Positions 12,584-28,991 are shown, counted from the stretch's first letter. The stretch: DNA of 64,000 nucleotides from Eledone cirrhosa (GCA_964016885.1 OZ024758.1:13454001-13518000); one strand, 5' to 3'. Notes: generated from the sequence alone by a model not told the origin. Numbers and translations: made by a program.

Positions 12584-13225
12584 TTATACTCTATATTTAC
12601 TATTGTATTTTCGTGATAAAGGCTTTATCTCACGTATTAATCTCACATAATATCGAATATACAAGATCATCATCATCATCATCATCACCGTTTTACGTCC
12701 GTTCTTCCACGCTAGCATGGGTTAAACGGGTTGTCCTGTTGTGGGCAGTGTCTGGTCGGCTGACCATGCCTTGCTCATACAGGAACTGATTTGGCTTGGT
12801 TTCTACAACTGGATGTCCTTCCTAACACCAACCTCATTTACAGTGAGTGCTGGGTACTTTTTTCGTGGCGCCTACACGTCCACTTTACAGTGTGGGCTGG
12901 GTGCTTTTTTTCCATGGCACCTCCACGACCACCTTGCGGTGGGGGGTGTGGGGGCATATTGTCCATATGCTTCAGCTTGTACCCATGGGAGGTCGGGGAC
13001 TCTGTATTACTGCGTGACGCCAGAAGTCACAGTCGTGTGTCATTGTCTTTGAGAGGTGTAATTGGGTAAGGTCGGCTTTTATCACCTCATCCCAAGATAT
13101 TGATATTATTTATTTTGAGAACAATACCTTAACACCAGTATGAGTGGCTGGTTACAGCTGGTTTGAACAAAAAGAGGTGAGAAAATTCTGGCTGGATATG
13201 GCCGGTTTAAATGCTAAAGGGTTAA
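12584..13225 (+). mobile_element. piggyBac-type MITE interrupted by an RTE insertion
   Basis: MITE left part 12584-12667 and right part 13099-13225, which ends in TAAAGGGTTAA. Confidence 0.8.
12668..13098 (-). mobile_element. RTE LINE 3' fragment nested in the MITE
   Basis: Antisense match to 59540-59955, (CAT)n tail at left, caagat on both flanks. Confidence 0.85.
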
Positions 13226-13453
13226 ATATCCAATCCATACTTTCATTTCAACAACATTACAATATAGTAATGTAGTAATATGGCTGATTTTTCAACATTA
13301 GAGTGTTAACAACTATTTAAAAGGAATGGTATATCAAGATATCAAGATGGAAATATAATATCTTGTATATTACCATAGGATGGAATTATTTTAAAATGAG
13401 ATAATACCAAATGCCAAGATATGTGTGTATGTGTGTGTTTATGTATGTGTGTG

Positions 13454-13491
<38 letters not shown>

Positions 13492-13517
13492 GATGCGTGT
13501 ATATATATTTATATATG

Positions 13518-13573
<56 letters not shown>

Positions 13574-13676
13574 CATGTATGTGTATATATATATAACGAG
13601 GGGGCAGCCATCATATGTATATATGTATGTGTACATATATATATATGTTGATACATATATATATATATATATATAA

Positions 13677-13751
<75 letters not shown>

Positions 13752-13761
13752 CATGTATGTG

Positions 13762-13798
<37 letters not shown>

Positions 13799-14124
13799 GT
13801 ATATATATATGTTGATACATATATATATATATAATATGTATATATAAATATATATATATATGTATGAATATGTACATATATGTGTATATATATATGTATA
13901 TGTGTGTGTATATAGATTTATATATATGTATATATACATATATAAAGTATAATTGGCATGTTGCTATGTTATGCTACACCCCCCCCCCCCCACCCCGCTT
14001 ACACCAGATAGCTGGCTAGAAATACCAAATCTTTGCTTATCAGAAATATAACAAAAATTTATGAAAAATTTATGAAAAATACTTCTCCTTCTCCTCCTTG
14101 TTATTATTATTATTATTGGAAAAT

Positions 14125-14885
14125 GGAGGATTGGCAGAATCGGTAGAGGGTCGGACGCCATGCTTTCCACCATAGTTACGTCCCTTACGATCTGAGTTCA
14201 AATCCCGCCGAGGTTGACTTTACCTTTCATCTTTACGGGGTCGATAAAATAAAGTACCAGTAATGCACTGGGTAATTGCTGGCCTTGTGCCTAAAGTAGA
14301 AACAATTATTATTGGAAAATGGAGGATTGGCAGAATCGGTAGAGCATCAGACACCGTGCTTTGTGACATATAGTTGTAGCTCTTTACGTTCTGAGTTCAA
14401 ATCCCGCTGAGGTTAACTTTACCTTTCATCCTTACGGGGTTGATAAAATAAAGTACCAGTAATGTACTGGGGTAGATTTAATCAACTTTTTCCTTCCCCC
14501 AAATTGTTGACCTTGTGCTAAATCAGAAACTAGGATTGGCAGTATCGCTAGAGCGTCAAAAAACCATGCTTTCCAGCATAGAGTTACGGCCCTTTATGTT
14601 CAGAGGTTCAAATCCCACCGAGGTTAACTTTACCTTTCATGTTTATGGGGTCAATAAAATAAGTACCAGTAATGCGCTGAGGTTATTGTTGGCCTTGTGC
14701 CAAAAGTAGAAACAATTATTATCACCACCAAATGGCGGTGGATTGGCAGCATAGAGTTATGGCCCTTTATGATCTGAGTTCAAACCCGCCGAGATTAGCT
14801 TTACCTTTCATCCTTAGGAGGTCAATAAAATAAAGTACCAGTAATGCGCTGGGGTAATTGCTGGCCTTGTGCCAAAATTAGAAAC
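14125..14885 (+). mobile_element. Tandem cluster of four SINE family 2 copies (tRNA head plus Meta-like domain)
   Basis: Repeated ggattggcagaatcggtagag..gagttcaaatcccgccgagg..ctttcatccttacggggtcgataaaataaagtaccagt. Confidence 0.85.
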
Positions 14886-15396
14886 GTTTTACGTCCGTTC
14901 TTCCACGCTAGCATGGGTTAGACGGGTTGTCTTGTTGTGGGCAGTGTCTGGTCGGCTGACCATGCCTTGCTCATACAGGAACTGATTTGGCTTGATTTCT
15001 ACAGCTGGATGCCCTTCCTAACACCAACCTCATTTACAGTGAGTGCTGGGTGCTTTTTCGTGGCGCCTACATGTCCACTTTACAGTGTGGGCTGGGGGCT
15101 TTTTTGCCGTGGCACCTCCACGACCACCTTGCAGTGGGAGGGTGTGGGGGCATATTGTCCATATGCTTCAGCCTGTACCCATGGGAGGTTGGGTACTCTG
15201 TATTACTGCGTGACACCAGAGGTCACGGTCGTGTGTCATTGCCTTTGAGAGGTAATTGGGTGAGGTCGGCTTTTATCACCTCATCCCAGGTTATCTTGGG
15301 TCTCCCCACTCCGCGGTTTCCATCAACTTCTAGTGCTCTGCACCTTTTTATGCAGCTGTCATCCTTCATACGCATCACATGTCCATACCAGCGCAA
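14886..15396 (-). mobile_element. RTE LINE 3' fragment
   Basis: Antisense LRWYGHVMRMKDDSC.. plus 3' UTR, near-identical to 59430-59945. Confidence 0.9.
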
Positions 15397-15724
15397 CAAA
15401 TAAAAATCTACAAATAAAAATCTGTTTCGAATCTTTTGTTTATAAATTGTGATTGAATTTTACAGAACGGGATCCACATATGTTTGAGTCACAATTACTA
15501 AAGGTAAAACTATTTCAAATGACTGCGTTTCTTCCTTTCCTGTCCCATAATCAATATTTCTTCTCTTCTTCCTTTTCCATGTGTGATTGATTCAGTTACT
15601 AACTAACTTTCTGCTGTAAAAAAAAATGATTATATACTAATACTGTTTATACATTACTCAATAAATAATCAGAATATATATATTTAGTGCACCTGAGCAC
15701 TGTACACAATCATTTTCATTATTA

Positions 15725-15905
15725 TTGGCAGTATCGATAGAGAGTCGGACACAATGCTTTGAAGCATAGAGTTACGTCCCTTTATCATCTGAGTTCAAAT
15801 CCCGCCGAGGTTTACTTTGCCTTTCATCCTTACGGGGTCGCTAAAATAAAGTACCAGTAATGTACTGGGTAATTGCTGGCCTTGTGCCAAAAGTAGAAAC
15901 AATTA
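15725..15905 (+). mobile_element. SINE family 2
   Basis: Same head and domain as the 14125 cluster. Confidence 0.8.
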
Positions 15906-15945
15906 TTATATATATATAATATAAGAAACAATTATATATATATAT

Positions 15946-15995
<50 letters not shown>

Positions 15996-16230
15996 ATGCT
16001 AAAATCCAATATTTGCTCTAGGGTTCTTATATATTTGATATATATTTATCCTTATCGAGCCCTCTTTGGATTTTAGTATATATATATTTTCAAACATGTG
16101 GAAAAAATACTCAAAACCAAAAAGTCTGGCATCCAAAACGTTAAGCCCCTCTTCCTGCTATATCAAGCATTAACCTAATATATCCCTTCCATATATTGTA
16201 CCGATTGTGTTGTTATTTCTATTTACCTTT

Positions 16231-16274
<44 letters not shown>

Positions 16275-16293
16275 GATATATCTGAAGCACACA

Positions 16294-16435
<142 letters not shown>

Positions 16436-16476
16436 TACATATATATAGATGCACACACACATATATATATATATAC

Positions 16477-16824
<348 letters not shown>

Positions 16825-16851
16825 ATATATATACATATATATATATACATT

Positions 16852-16940
<89 letters not shown>

Positions 16941-16941
16941 G

Positions 16942-17024
<83 letters not shown>

Positions 17025-17436
17025 TGATAAAATTCCAAACCTCATTCGTTTACTGAGTGGGGTAGAACTCATCAAACCGGACCAAGGAAACAATGTTTCT
17101 ATTGGTCTTTCCAATTACCGATACTATCTACCAGTTGCAACTAATGACAGAATTAGTACTAGATGAAACAGCAGTACCTAGCATTCCAAGAGTGTACTGC
17201 TTGTTCATTCTTTCAGCATTAGGCATATGAGTAGGCAAATAAGTAGAATACTTTTGTGAACAAGGCAGTTGTTGGAGAATAGATGAGGTGGTGGTGGAGT
17301 CTGAAGGAAGTTGCCATCATTTACTAATGGATGGTGGTTAGTTTAATGCCAAAAAGGATGGTCGAATTCCTGTATCTTAATCATCATAATAGTTATTATC
17401 ATTATCATTATCACTAGCATCATCATTATTATTCTT

Positions 17437-17815
17437 GGATTGGCTGTATCAGTAGAGGGTCGGACGCCATGCTTTCCAGCATAGTTACGTCCCTTTACGA
17501 TCTGAGTTCAAATCCCGCCGAGGTTGACTTTGCCTTTCATCCTTACGGGGTCGATAAAATAAAGTACCAGTAATGCACTGGGTAATTGCTGGCCTTGTGC
17601 CTAAAGTAGAAACAATTATTATTCTTGAAATCATTATTATCATTACTATAGGGGGTGATGGATTGGCAGTAATTGGTAGAGCGTTGGATAAAATGCTTTG
17701 TGGCATAGAGTTACAGCCCTTTAGGTTCTGAGTTCAAATCCCGCCATTGTTAGCTTTGCTTTTTGTTCTTACGGTGGTCGATAAAATAAAGTACCAGTAA
17801 CGCACTGAGGTTGAT
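17437..17815 (+). mobile_element. Two SINE family 2 copies
   Basis: Same motifs as the 14125 cluster. Confidence 0.8.
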
Positions 17816-17854
17816 TTAATTGACTTTATCCTCCCCTGTTAGATTTACAATTAT

Positions 17855-18410
17855 AGAATTATCTAAATTATCATTATTAGATTTAGAATTATCTAAATTA
17901 TCTTTATTAGATTTAGAATTATCTAAATTATCATTATTAGATTTAGAATTATCTAAATTATCATTATTAGATTTAGAATTATCTAAATTATCATTATCAG
18001 ATTTAGAATTATCTAAATTATCTTTATTAGATTTAGTATTATCTAAATTATCATTATCAGATTTAGAATTATCTAAATTATCATTATTAGATTTAGAATT
18101 ATCTAAATTATCATTATTAGATTTAGAATTATCTAAATTATCTTTATTAGATTTAGAATTATCTAAATTATCATTATTAGATTTAGAATTATCTAAATTA
18201 TCATTATTAGATTTAGAATTATCTAAATTATCTTTATTAGATTTAGAATTATCTAAATTATCATTATTAGATTTAGAATTATCTAAATTATCATTATTAG
18301 ATTTAGAATTATCTAAATTATCATTATCAGATTTAGAATTATCTAAATTATCATTATTAGATTTAGTATTATCTAAATTATCATTACTAGATTTAGAATT
18401 ATCTAAATTA
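17855..18410. repeat. 30-bp AT-rich minisatellite, about 18 copies
   Basis: Unit atttagaattatctaaattatcattattag. Confidence 0.95.
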
Positions 18411-18928
18411 CATTGTAATATTTTGTTATAAAACACAATTTAAAATGATTTCAAAGCATGTTTCCTGACTTTCAGTTATTTATTTTTCACTTCTAAATGC
18501 ATGTACCTAATAATAATAATAATAATAATAATTGTTCTCCTTGTTATTGTTGTTGTTATTGTCATTATATTGGTGCTATATGACATTGAGTTCAAATCCC
18601 GCCGAGGTTTACTTTGCCTTTCATCCTTACGGGGTCGCTAAAATAAAGTACCAGTAATGCACTGGGTAATTGCTGGCCTTGTGCCTAAAGTAGAAACAAT
18701 TATTAACCTGTTAATTATTTTTTTTTATTATTCTGAAATGTTTTGATAATATTTGTTTTTGCTTTTGTTTTGTTATTTGAAGGGTTGCTTCAAACGAAGA
18801 TTTATTGGAAAGAAAAATGACTAAAATTTTTTAATATTCTTTGGCCAACTTATAAACAGCAAACAGTTTTGTTTACCATAAAAGTATAACCATTTCCAGT
18901 TATAACTTTCTATAATTCTGTCCATAAA

Positions 18929-19189
18929 CTGTATATACTTGAATATAATTTGATACAAATATAAGCCAACCCCACTATTTCTATCATATGTAGTGGATAT
19001 AATTTTTTTTTTTTTTTTTTTTTTTACTTCAATATCAAGTCTGAGAAACGGGTAAAAATCCCAACCTTCTTAATGTAGAATTTGAAGTTGGTGAAAATTG
19101 CCAAAATATTGAACCTAAATATATGTTGACTCATTTGTAACATCGATGTTTTGGTCACATATTCCTCAGTTTTATTCAAGTATATACGG
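18929..19189. mobile_element. Tc1/mariner (Tc2/pogo-type) MITE
   Basis: TIRs ctgtatatacttgaata / tattcaagtatatacgg; related ends at about 51585 and 52814. Confidence 0.65.
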
Positions 19190-19387
19190 TAGTAGTTACC
19201 GATGACCATTTTAAAGCAAGCTAGAAGTCTAACATTTTAGATTTAGAGTAAAATAAGAACTGTGTTCTTTCTGCCTTTTCAAGGAGCCTTAATGAAATTA
19301 AAAATAGCTAAAAAATAAAATATAAAACTAAGACTCAAAAGAGGGTTGTAGAGAGATTTCCCTGAAAACCTATCTACTAGTCCATAC

Positions 19388-19610
19388 TACTTCTTCTTCT
19401 TGTCGTGTCCACAAGAGTGTCAGTTACAGAGCTTGGCTAGATGTTGTTCCTCTACAGCAGAACACATTGCTGTCCTTTCTCATTAAACTCTGCCAAGTCC
19501 AATACTGTGCAGAGGTGTTCCAGCAGGGAGCATATCAGGAGGTGCTGCATAGTATGTGGTTCGATGCCACAGTCACATATAACGTCCCATCCTCTAAATA
19601 TCCTCCCTTG
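19388..19610 (-). mobile_element. Ingi/Vingi-like LINE 3' end
   Basis: Minus frame ICDCGIEPHTMQHLLICSLL..DLAEFN (CxCG..H..C zinc knuckle), ending ggacacgacaagaagaagaag. Confidence 0.65.
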
Positions 19611-20417
19611 ATATTACTTATTACTGTTGAAATAGTTATTATTTTTATTGTTCAAAAACTGTTTACTGTTTGATATAAAAATGTTAACAGCTTTGCATTT
19701 AAATGTTTCTTTTTTCTCTCACAAATTATTCCTTATTGAAATGACATTCACGGGAACTCAATAATGAAGACTAAACCATTTTATTTACAAAGCATGATTA
19801 CTAACTAATCACTGTTTCTTTTTTTGTTTTTGTAATTTTTTTCTTCTAAACTTCAATATTTTAATTGTTTAGTTGTAAAAAAATATATTTTCATGTAATC
19901 CTGTTTTATTTTAATTTTTTAGCAAATAGAATGAAATGTCATAATTGTTGTCTATTTGCTGTTATGTTGTGTCCTTGAACAAGACACTTTATTTTTTACA
20001 TTGCTCCAGTTTACTTAGCTGTAGAAATGAATTGTGATGTCACTGGTGCCAAGCTGTATTGGCCATTGCCTTTCCCTTGGACAACATCATATATAATGTA
20101 TATAGAGAGTATATACAGTGTATTTATAGTGTATATATAATGTATATAGTGTATATATGAATTGCAATATCACTGGTACCAATCTGTATCAGCCATTGCC
20201 TTTCCCTTGGACAACATCAGAGGCATGGAGAGGGAAGACTGGTATGTGGGATAACTGCTGGTCATAAACACAACTTACCTGGACTTGTGTTTCTGAGAGG
20301 AACTTTCCTTTCTTGGTGCAAATCCTGTGGTCATTCCTCTTTATCTTCACTTTATTACAGTGATAGTTTGGTATCATTTGTTGGTGCTTTCTAACTAGTA
20401 TATATATATATATGTAC

Positions 20418-20491
<74 letters not shown>

Positions 20492-20860
20492 AATAGGAGA
20501 CACACAGGACAAAGCCAATCGAAAAAAAAACAACTTTAAGATAGACAGTCCCATCTCATCAGTCAACTTCTGGATATCCTCATGGTTTCGGCCCATTTAG
20601 GTTGATACTATTCATTCCAGTGTACAGTGGGACATAAAAAAAACATATATATATAATTTATCAAATAATTGTTAAATATTAATTTCAGATGGAAGGGGGA
20701 AAAGAAGGATACCAATAATAACAGACATGACTGTAAAATATTTTCAAATTTAATCTTTATTTTCTGTTTTCAAATACAAAACAAAATCGAATCAATTTGA
20801 TTTTTATTTACAATATAAATATAAATTTTCATCTTTCAGATCTACACTACAATCTGAAAT

Positions 20861-20979
20861 CTACTTCCATGATGATGCTAGCCCACGTCCTATGAGTTTT
20901 TCATGTGGAAACTCCTGCAGTTCCCCTGTTTCGTGTGGCGCAGGCTGTTTTCCACTTTCATTGAATTTAAATTCCTCAA
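20861..20979 (-). CDS. Possible orphan terminal coding exon (EEFKFNESGKQPAPHETGELQEFPHEKLIGRGLASSWK*)
   Basis: Pyrimidine-rich acceptor ttttttcttcttag, open frame, AATAAA about 55 nt after the stop. No family recognised. Confidence 0.3.
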
Positions 20980-21114
20980 CTAAGAAGAAAAAACAATAAC
21001 AGGAATTATTTTTCTTTAGTTAAAAAAAAACTTTCATATACTTTCTTACATTTATCTTCTATACCATTGTGTATATATAATATATATAATATAATATAAT
21101 ATAATATAATATAT

Positions 21115-21155
<41 letters not shown>

Positions 21156-21163
<8 letters not shown>

Positions 21164-21336
21164 AAGGCTGCTACAGGACTAGAATTGTTTCATTCGGGAG
21201 AAATTATCAGGAAGCCTGATGATTTCTCCTGAATGAAACAGTTCTAGTCCTGTAGAAGCCTTTCTATATTAAATATTTATACTCTGCTTTGTATTGAGTA
21301 CCTTACTTACTGTGGTTACCCCAGATTGAACCCGGG

Positions 21337-21337
<1 letters not shown>
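21156..21337 (+). mobile_element. Hammerhead element family B, fold-back copy in (TA)n
   Basis: Inverted arms around 21212. Plus-strand core CTGATGA(21216)..GAAA(21235)cag..ctgTA gaagcc. The minus copy has ggcttc stem I but a CTGATAA mutation. Confidence 0.75.
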
Positions 21338-21371
<34 letters not shown>

Positions 21372-21413
21372 AATATAAATACATGTCTAAATACTACCAC
21401 ACATACACACACT

Positions 21414-21534
<121 letters not shown>

Positions 21535-21737
21535 ATAATAGACGTGAAGGCTAAAATCCAAAGAGTACTTGATAAGGATTATATATATATATATATATAA
21601 ACCCATACAAAAAATATTTATTATAAGTAGAGAGTAAAGTTTAAGCAAAGAATCGCTGCTTTCACCCTTCTGAGGTTTAGAAGATCCCGTTATGAGTAAA
21701 TGCAGCGATTCTTTGCTTAAACTTTAATCTTTGTAAA

Positions 21738-22990
<1,253 letters not shown>

Positions 22991-23444
22991 TACACATATA
23001 CATACATATACATACCAACACACCTACACACAAACTAATATATACACACATATGTTGTGAATAAATCATAAGAAACTGTTATTCCTCTCTGATGTCAAGC
23101 CTATGAGCAGACAAATTTGGGTGATGAGTGATATAATCACACAAAACTAAACCGTTTTTAATTTTGATGGATATTAAAATGTGAGATATAATAACATGTT
23201 TGAAGAATTTTCTGTGCTGCCCTAAAAACGTACTTTGTACCTTTTCATACATTCGTATATATATATATATATATCATATATGACATATATATTATATATT
23301 ACATATATATTATATATTACATATATATTATATATTACATATATATCATATATTACATATATATCATATATTACATATATATCATATATTACATATATAT
23401 CATATATTACATATATATAATACTATATATACATATATATATAT

Positions 23445-23479
<35 letters not shown>

Positions 23480-23643
23480 TATATATATATATCATATATA
23501 TATATATTTCTAACATTGTTTATCTTATACCAGAAGTATTAAATTTCTAACATCTAACCTTGTTGAGTGAAAACAATAATACTAATAATATAAAATGAAA
23601 TAGACAGCTATGTTATATCTAGACAGTTATATTTAGGCACATC

Positions 23644-23686
<43 letters not shown>

Positions 23687-24550
23687 TTACATGTGGTTAA
23701 TAACTGTCTTTAATAAGACCATCTTAAAGAGTGAAGTGAAATAAAGGAAATAAAGTTTACCATCCAATTATTTTAGAGAAACTTATTCACTGCTGAATGT
23801 ACAATAAATTCTTTTAACTTCATTCAAATCAGTCACGTTTTTTACTTTCGTCATTTCCTGTAAATTTGGTGGGAGAGTGGAGTCCTTAAATATTCCTTTT
23901 TCTTAAAGTGCCAAGCATTTTTCTATATATATATATAACAAACAGACGGAGCTCAGCCGTCAGGGTCCTGACTCTTTTCCTATATATATGTATATATATA
24001 TATACTATAGTATATTATATATATATATATATTATATTATATTATATAATAGTATATAATATATATATATTATATTCTATAAATGGAAATTGTACTTTTT
24101 ATGTGGAGGAATTCGTAAAAATGTATTTTTCTGATAGAAACGTGTTCTACTATGAATGAAATTAATTTATAAGAAGGTTAACTGAATATGAAGTTTCACA
24201 TTTGAAACCAAATACAATATTTAGAATTTTAAAACAACCATCTAAATTAACTATTTGAATTTTTCAAATTTCTTATAGAAATTTAGCTACATTTGGTAGC
24301 ATAAACATATCCAGTGGTGATCCGGAAATGTGTTTTATCGTATGGGTATAGAATATACAGAGAATTTCAGGTTTTAAAAAATACAACAACGAACACTAGT
24401 ATAAAGTATATATATATATAATCTATCTATCTATCTATCTATATATTCTTTTCCTACTATATCAAGTGTTAAACTAATATATTTCTTCATTGTACTGTTT
24501 TGTTTGCTTTGTTATTTCCGTTTACTTTTTGCATATATATATATATATAC

Positions 24551-24766
24551 CCGAGGGGGTGCTGAAAATTTCCTGGCCTGATCACTGCTACAGAGGCCTG
24601 GTTGGAGACCCAACTTTCCAACGTCTTTTTATAGGGCCTAGAAAAACTGAAGGGCCTCTGCAATAAGTGTGCGAATCTGAGAGAGGAATATATTGAATAA
24701 AATCATAATTAACTGATCCTCCTGTATTTTCCTTTACCCAAAGCCAGGAACTCGTAAAGCACCCGT
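24551..24766 (+). mobile_element. mariner-derived MITE
   Basis: TIR-like cgagggggtgctgaaaatttcctggc / gccaggaactcgtaaagcaccc. Remnant GLEKLKGLCNKCANLREEYIE* resembles a mariner transposase C-terminus. Confidence 0.7.
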
Positions 24767-25209
24767 TAAGCTGTTAGGAAGAAACGGAAGAGAGTAGTAA
24801 TTGTCAGGAACATTAAGCAAGAAAAACGGAGAGTGATAACGACAGAGGGCGCTGTTGTTTACACTTAATCTAACATGGAAAATGGCTGGATTAAGTTTAA
24901 CCAACATTTTTCTTTGTTCTTCAAACCTGTTTTTGATATTACATTTAACGTCTAATTACTATGACTGACATAGTTATCTCTCTTACATATCACGTTTTTA
25001 TCTTTATTGCTTAATCTTTAACAGTTATTTCCCTTGAGTTTATATTCTAATTTAGAGTTATCTTCCTTATTTCTTATACATTTTTTTTTTTATTTCTGCG
25101 AATAGTTTCGAATCGTTTTACAAATTTTCGTGTATTTGAAATATAAAAAAAAATACAAAATTAGAATATGAGAAACACTCGTTGAATGAGGATGATGACA
25201 ATGACTTCA

Positions 25210-25300
<91 letters not shown>

Positions 25301-27817
25301 CGTATATATATAATGTATATATATATATATATCATTTTTAAATATTAACTTAGTTTAAATAAAACTGAAATTCAATTTTCAATAAGATGTATTTTTTCTA
25401 CAACAATAATTTATATTCAAAGAAAATGTTAGAATTTTTACAGAACATTAAATAAAATATAAACATTGAATTTATCTTTTTTTTTTCTTCTCTCGATTAA
25501 AAAACAACAACAAAGCATTACCTTAGTATACAAATTATTATTAATATAACAATATCAAACACATATAATTCTAGCAGATGTTCTTTTTTGTTGTTGTTTT
25601 ATGTGTGTGTGTTGTTTGATATTTTGAATTGTTCTTCCGTTCCCAACTTACCGTCAAACAAACAAAAAAAAAAAAATGGTTACCCGTATTTTTTACCTGT
25701 AAATATTTTATCCTCACAAATCCAACATTTTTTTACCCTCCGATCCCCCAATCATAACATTTAATAATAAAACAAATAAAAAAAATATTGTAAAAAAAAA
25801 TTAAATAACAACATACTTTTTTAAATAAAAAAATTGTTTTTCTTTGAGTTCTGTAAGTTTGTAGTTGTTTTTGTTAACCAAATATTCTAATTTAAAACGA
25901 AATATGAATAACACTAATAATAATAATAATATAATGATGATAATTTTCAAATTCTCTGATCCTTCTTCTAATTCAGAGTTTCCCAAACTTTTTCAAATGC
26001 GGAATCCCTTTTCTTTAGTTCGGATACGTCTTTTTTTTGGGGGGGGGGGGGGGGGGAATACCCCAAAAATCTAATACTGTTTATATGGTCGTAATATAAA
26101 TATACTCCTCTACCTTTTATTTTTTATTTTTCACGGAACCCCAAATGACGCTCCTTTGCAGAATCCTTAGGTTCTGTGGGGACCCAATTTGGTAACCACT
26201 GTTCTTATTCATTTAATTTTGAAAGTCTACAACAAACTAGACCTTGATAACAACTTATGGGTTTAAATAGTACTTATTATATCCTATCAATTGTAAGTTT
26301 TATTGCATTACCTTCGAGGTTGCACACGATTCATCATTTATTTTCTCCAAATTATAAATAAACTATAAACTAAAGCAACCAGAATGTATTTTTGTTTATT
26401 TTTATTTTTATTTTGTTTCCAACCATGTTATGTTATTCTCATCCATATCCATATACGCACCTATATACACTCATTCAATATACAGTCATTCTATGATATA
26501 TAATAATAGATCCTTCATCAATCATTTATCAAATAATATGTTCTTATTGAGCAAATGCTTTCAATTTTTCAATAATGCTGATAGTGATAAATATATATAT
26601 ATATATATATTTATATATATTGTCTATCATTTACTTTGTTTTTTACACGTATGGATGTGCATGTGTGTGTATATATATATATATTTATACATATAGCCCT
26701 ACCCATGGTAGTGAGGAAAATGGACATTAAATGATGATGATATATATATATATATATACATACATCATCATTGTAAAAATGATGATGATGACATATATAT
26801 ACATATGTATACATACATACGCGTGTGTGTATATATGTATATATATACATACATATAATTCCATTCATATAATCCACCATTTTCTATAAATATTTCTTAT
26901 TTCTTTTTCATAAACAATGACAAGTATTTGTGACTTTTTTTCCTCTTTCTTTACTCGCAGCTTAAAATATCTTTTCAATCGTCTTTTGGATCCTTCGAAA
27001 TATCTAAGTTGACTGGCAGATGTCACTGATTGCCCCTTTAATTTTAATAAAAGTTTTTCTTTTCTTTTAGAAGGTTGGGTGGGGTTGCCTTTGTGTAAAC
27101 CTCTGACTAAGATTGGACCCCAGACTAGCATCTTTACTGTCTCTAATACCTAGCGCTAGGCCACCGAAATGGCTACTTTTTGAAGATGACAAGTTATTAT
27201 AGATTCAATGTTTAAGTTGAACCAGGTAATATAATAATAATAATAAAGAAAATTATTGTGTACAGTACTCAGGTGCACTACAACTCATCAAAGGTGCATG
27301 TATAGTACATAGAATAATGTACAAATGCCAGGAAAGTGTAGTGTATATCACTAGTGTCTATTTTAATAATTGAGAGTGAAAAGACAAGGTTGGTTTTAGT
27401 GATAAAACCAATCAAAATGAGTCATCAAACTATATTTAAAAAAAAAAAAAATTCAAGTTTGGCTTGGCTTCTTATTTCTTTCTTCCCTTTTCTATCAAAA
27501 TTCCTCGTTGCTCTATCACAGGATACAACATCTATATCTTTCAAGTGTTGTGTTGAAATTTAAATTTGGTTTCTATAACTCAAAATTCAGAAATCAACTC
27601 TACAAATTTTTAATTAAACAATAAAAAATAACATTATGACAATGATTGCTGTAAATTGCTTATAAATTTTTAAATAATTAACAGAATTTTTTTTTTTTTT
27701 CCTAAATTTTCTACCTATTTGATATGCAAACAATGTAAATTTATTCTAATTAATATCTAGCTCAATTTAAACAACTGTTAAATTTATTACTGTAACTGTT
27801 GAAGAAAAAAGCAAACC

Positions 27818-28125
27818 CTTCTTCTTCGGCCGAGTTTACACTCGCAAAGATTCAGCACGCTTTCTCCAATCGTCCCGGTCGAGCATGACATTTCTCAGTT
27901 CATCGATATTATCAATGTCAGCATCTCTCAGCAGGGTATCCACGAGACGGCTTGTCTTCCCATGCTACTTCATCTGACCACCGGTTTCCAGAGCACAAGT
28001 TGTGATGCTATCTCTTCTCAATGACGGATGCAGTGCCCAGCCAGTTTCATTCATTGGCAGGCAACTCTTTTTTAGACTGGTGGTAGTGATCTGTATAGTT
28101 CTTTATTTGTCAGCCAATGCTCCTA
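27818..28125 (-). mobile_element. RTE-like LINE 3' end (second family) with (GAA)n tail
   Basis: Degenerate LAGHCIRH..IASQLVLWKP..VDTLLRDADIDNIDELRNVMLDRDDWRKRA. Confidence 0.8.
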
Positions 28126-28465
28126 GGGGCAGCCCTAGCTCTTCTTGTCCTCACCACACTGCAAAGTCTACAGTTTCATGAATGTGCTTTGCCAAAGCAA
28201 ACCCTGAAGTATTTTAAAATACAATAAGATTATTAAATCTTACTGTACCATTTAAAATATGTAAAAAAAAAAAATGTGGACATCTTTGTTTTGTTTTATT
28301 TTATTTCATTGCTTCAAACTTTTTAAATCTTGTTTTTTTTTTTTTGCTTTTTTTTCTTTCGAATAAATCAATTGACAGTTGCAAGAAATACTGTTTTTAT
28401 TATTATTATTATTCTCATTTTATTTTTTTAAATAAAAGCATTATCTCTTAAGAGCAACCGCATCG

Positions 28466-28501
<36 letters not shown>

Positions 28502-28705
28502 ACATTCTAATGAAGAACGGTGAGATGAAATAAGTTCAACTTGATATGGCTCATATATTTACCTGTCATTTTCTGAGAAAAAGATAATAACTAAAATAAG
28601 AAGAAAAAAAACAAACATAAATGAATAAATGATCTTTAAAGGAAGTTTTGTAACAAAAGAAGAGCAAAGGCAAATATTTTGCCAACTTCTATTTAAATAA
28701 CATTT

Positions 28706-28991
28706 TTAACCCTTTAAAATTTACATTACTCTATATATACTATTGTATTTTCATGGTAAAGGTTTTATCTCACATAATATCGAATCTATGAGATTTTTGT
28801 ATTATTTATGTTGAGAACAATACCTTAACATCAGTATGAGCAGCTGGTTACAGCTGGCTTGAACAGAAAGAGGTGAGAGAATTCTGGCTGGTTTGAACAG
28901 ACGTGAGATAAGTCTAGTTGGCTATGGCTGGTTTGAACAGAAGTGAGATAATTCTGGCTGGTTATGGCCAGTTTAAATGCTAAAGGGTTAA
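28706..28991 (+). mobile_element. piggyBac-type MITE with internal duplication
   Basis: TTAACCCTTTA...TAAAGGGTTAA. Confidence 0.85.

Noticed and set aside
17816-18436. 206-aa NDNLDNSKS and 203-aa LSLLDLELSK (LRR-looking) ORFs; CRISPR-like periodicity
   Set aside because: Pure 30-bp tandem repeat with no spacers, splice context or unique flanking coding sequence, in eukaryotic DNA.
26961-27225. Plus-strand exon-like segment with strong acceptors and a donor
   Set aside because: No sustained ORF or partner exons; cannot be supported without transcript data.
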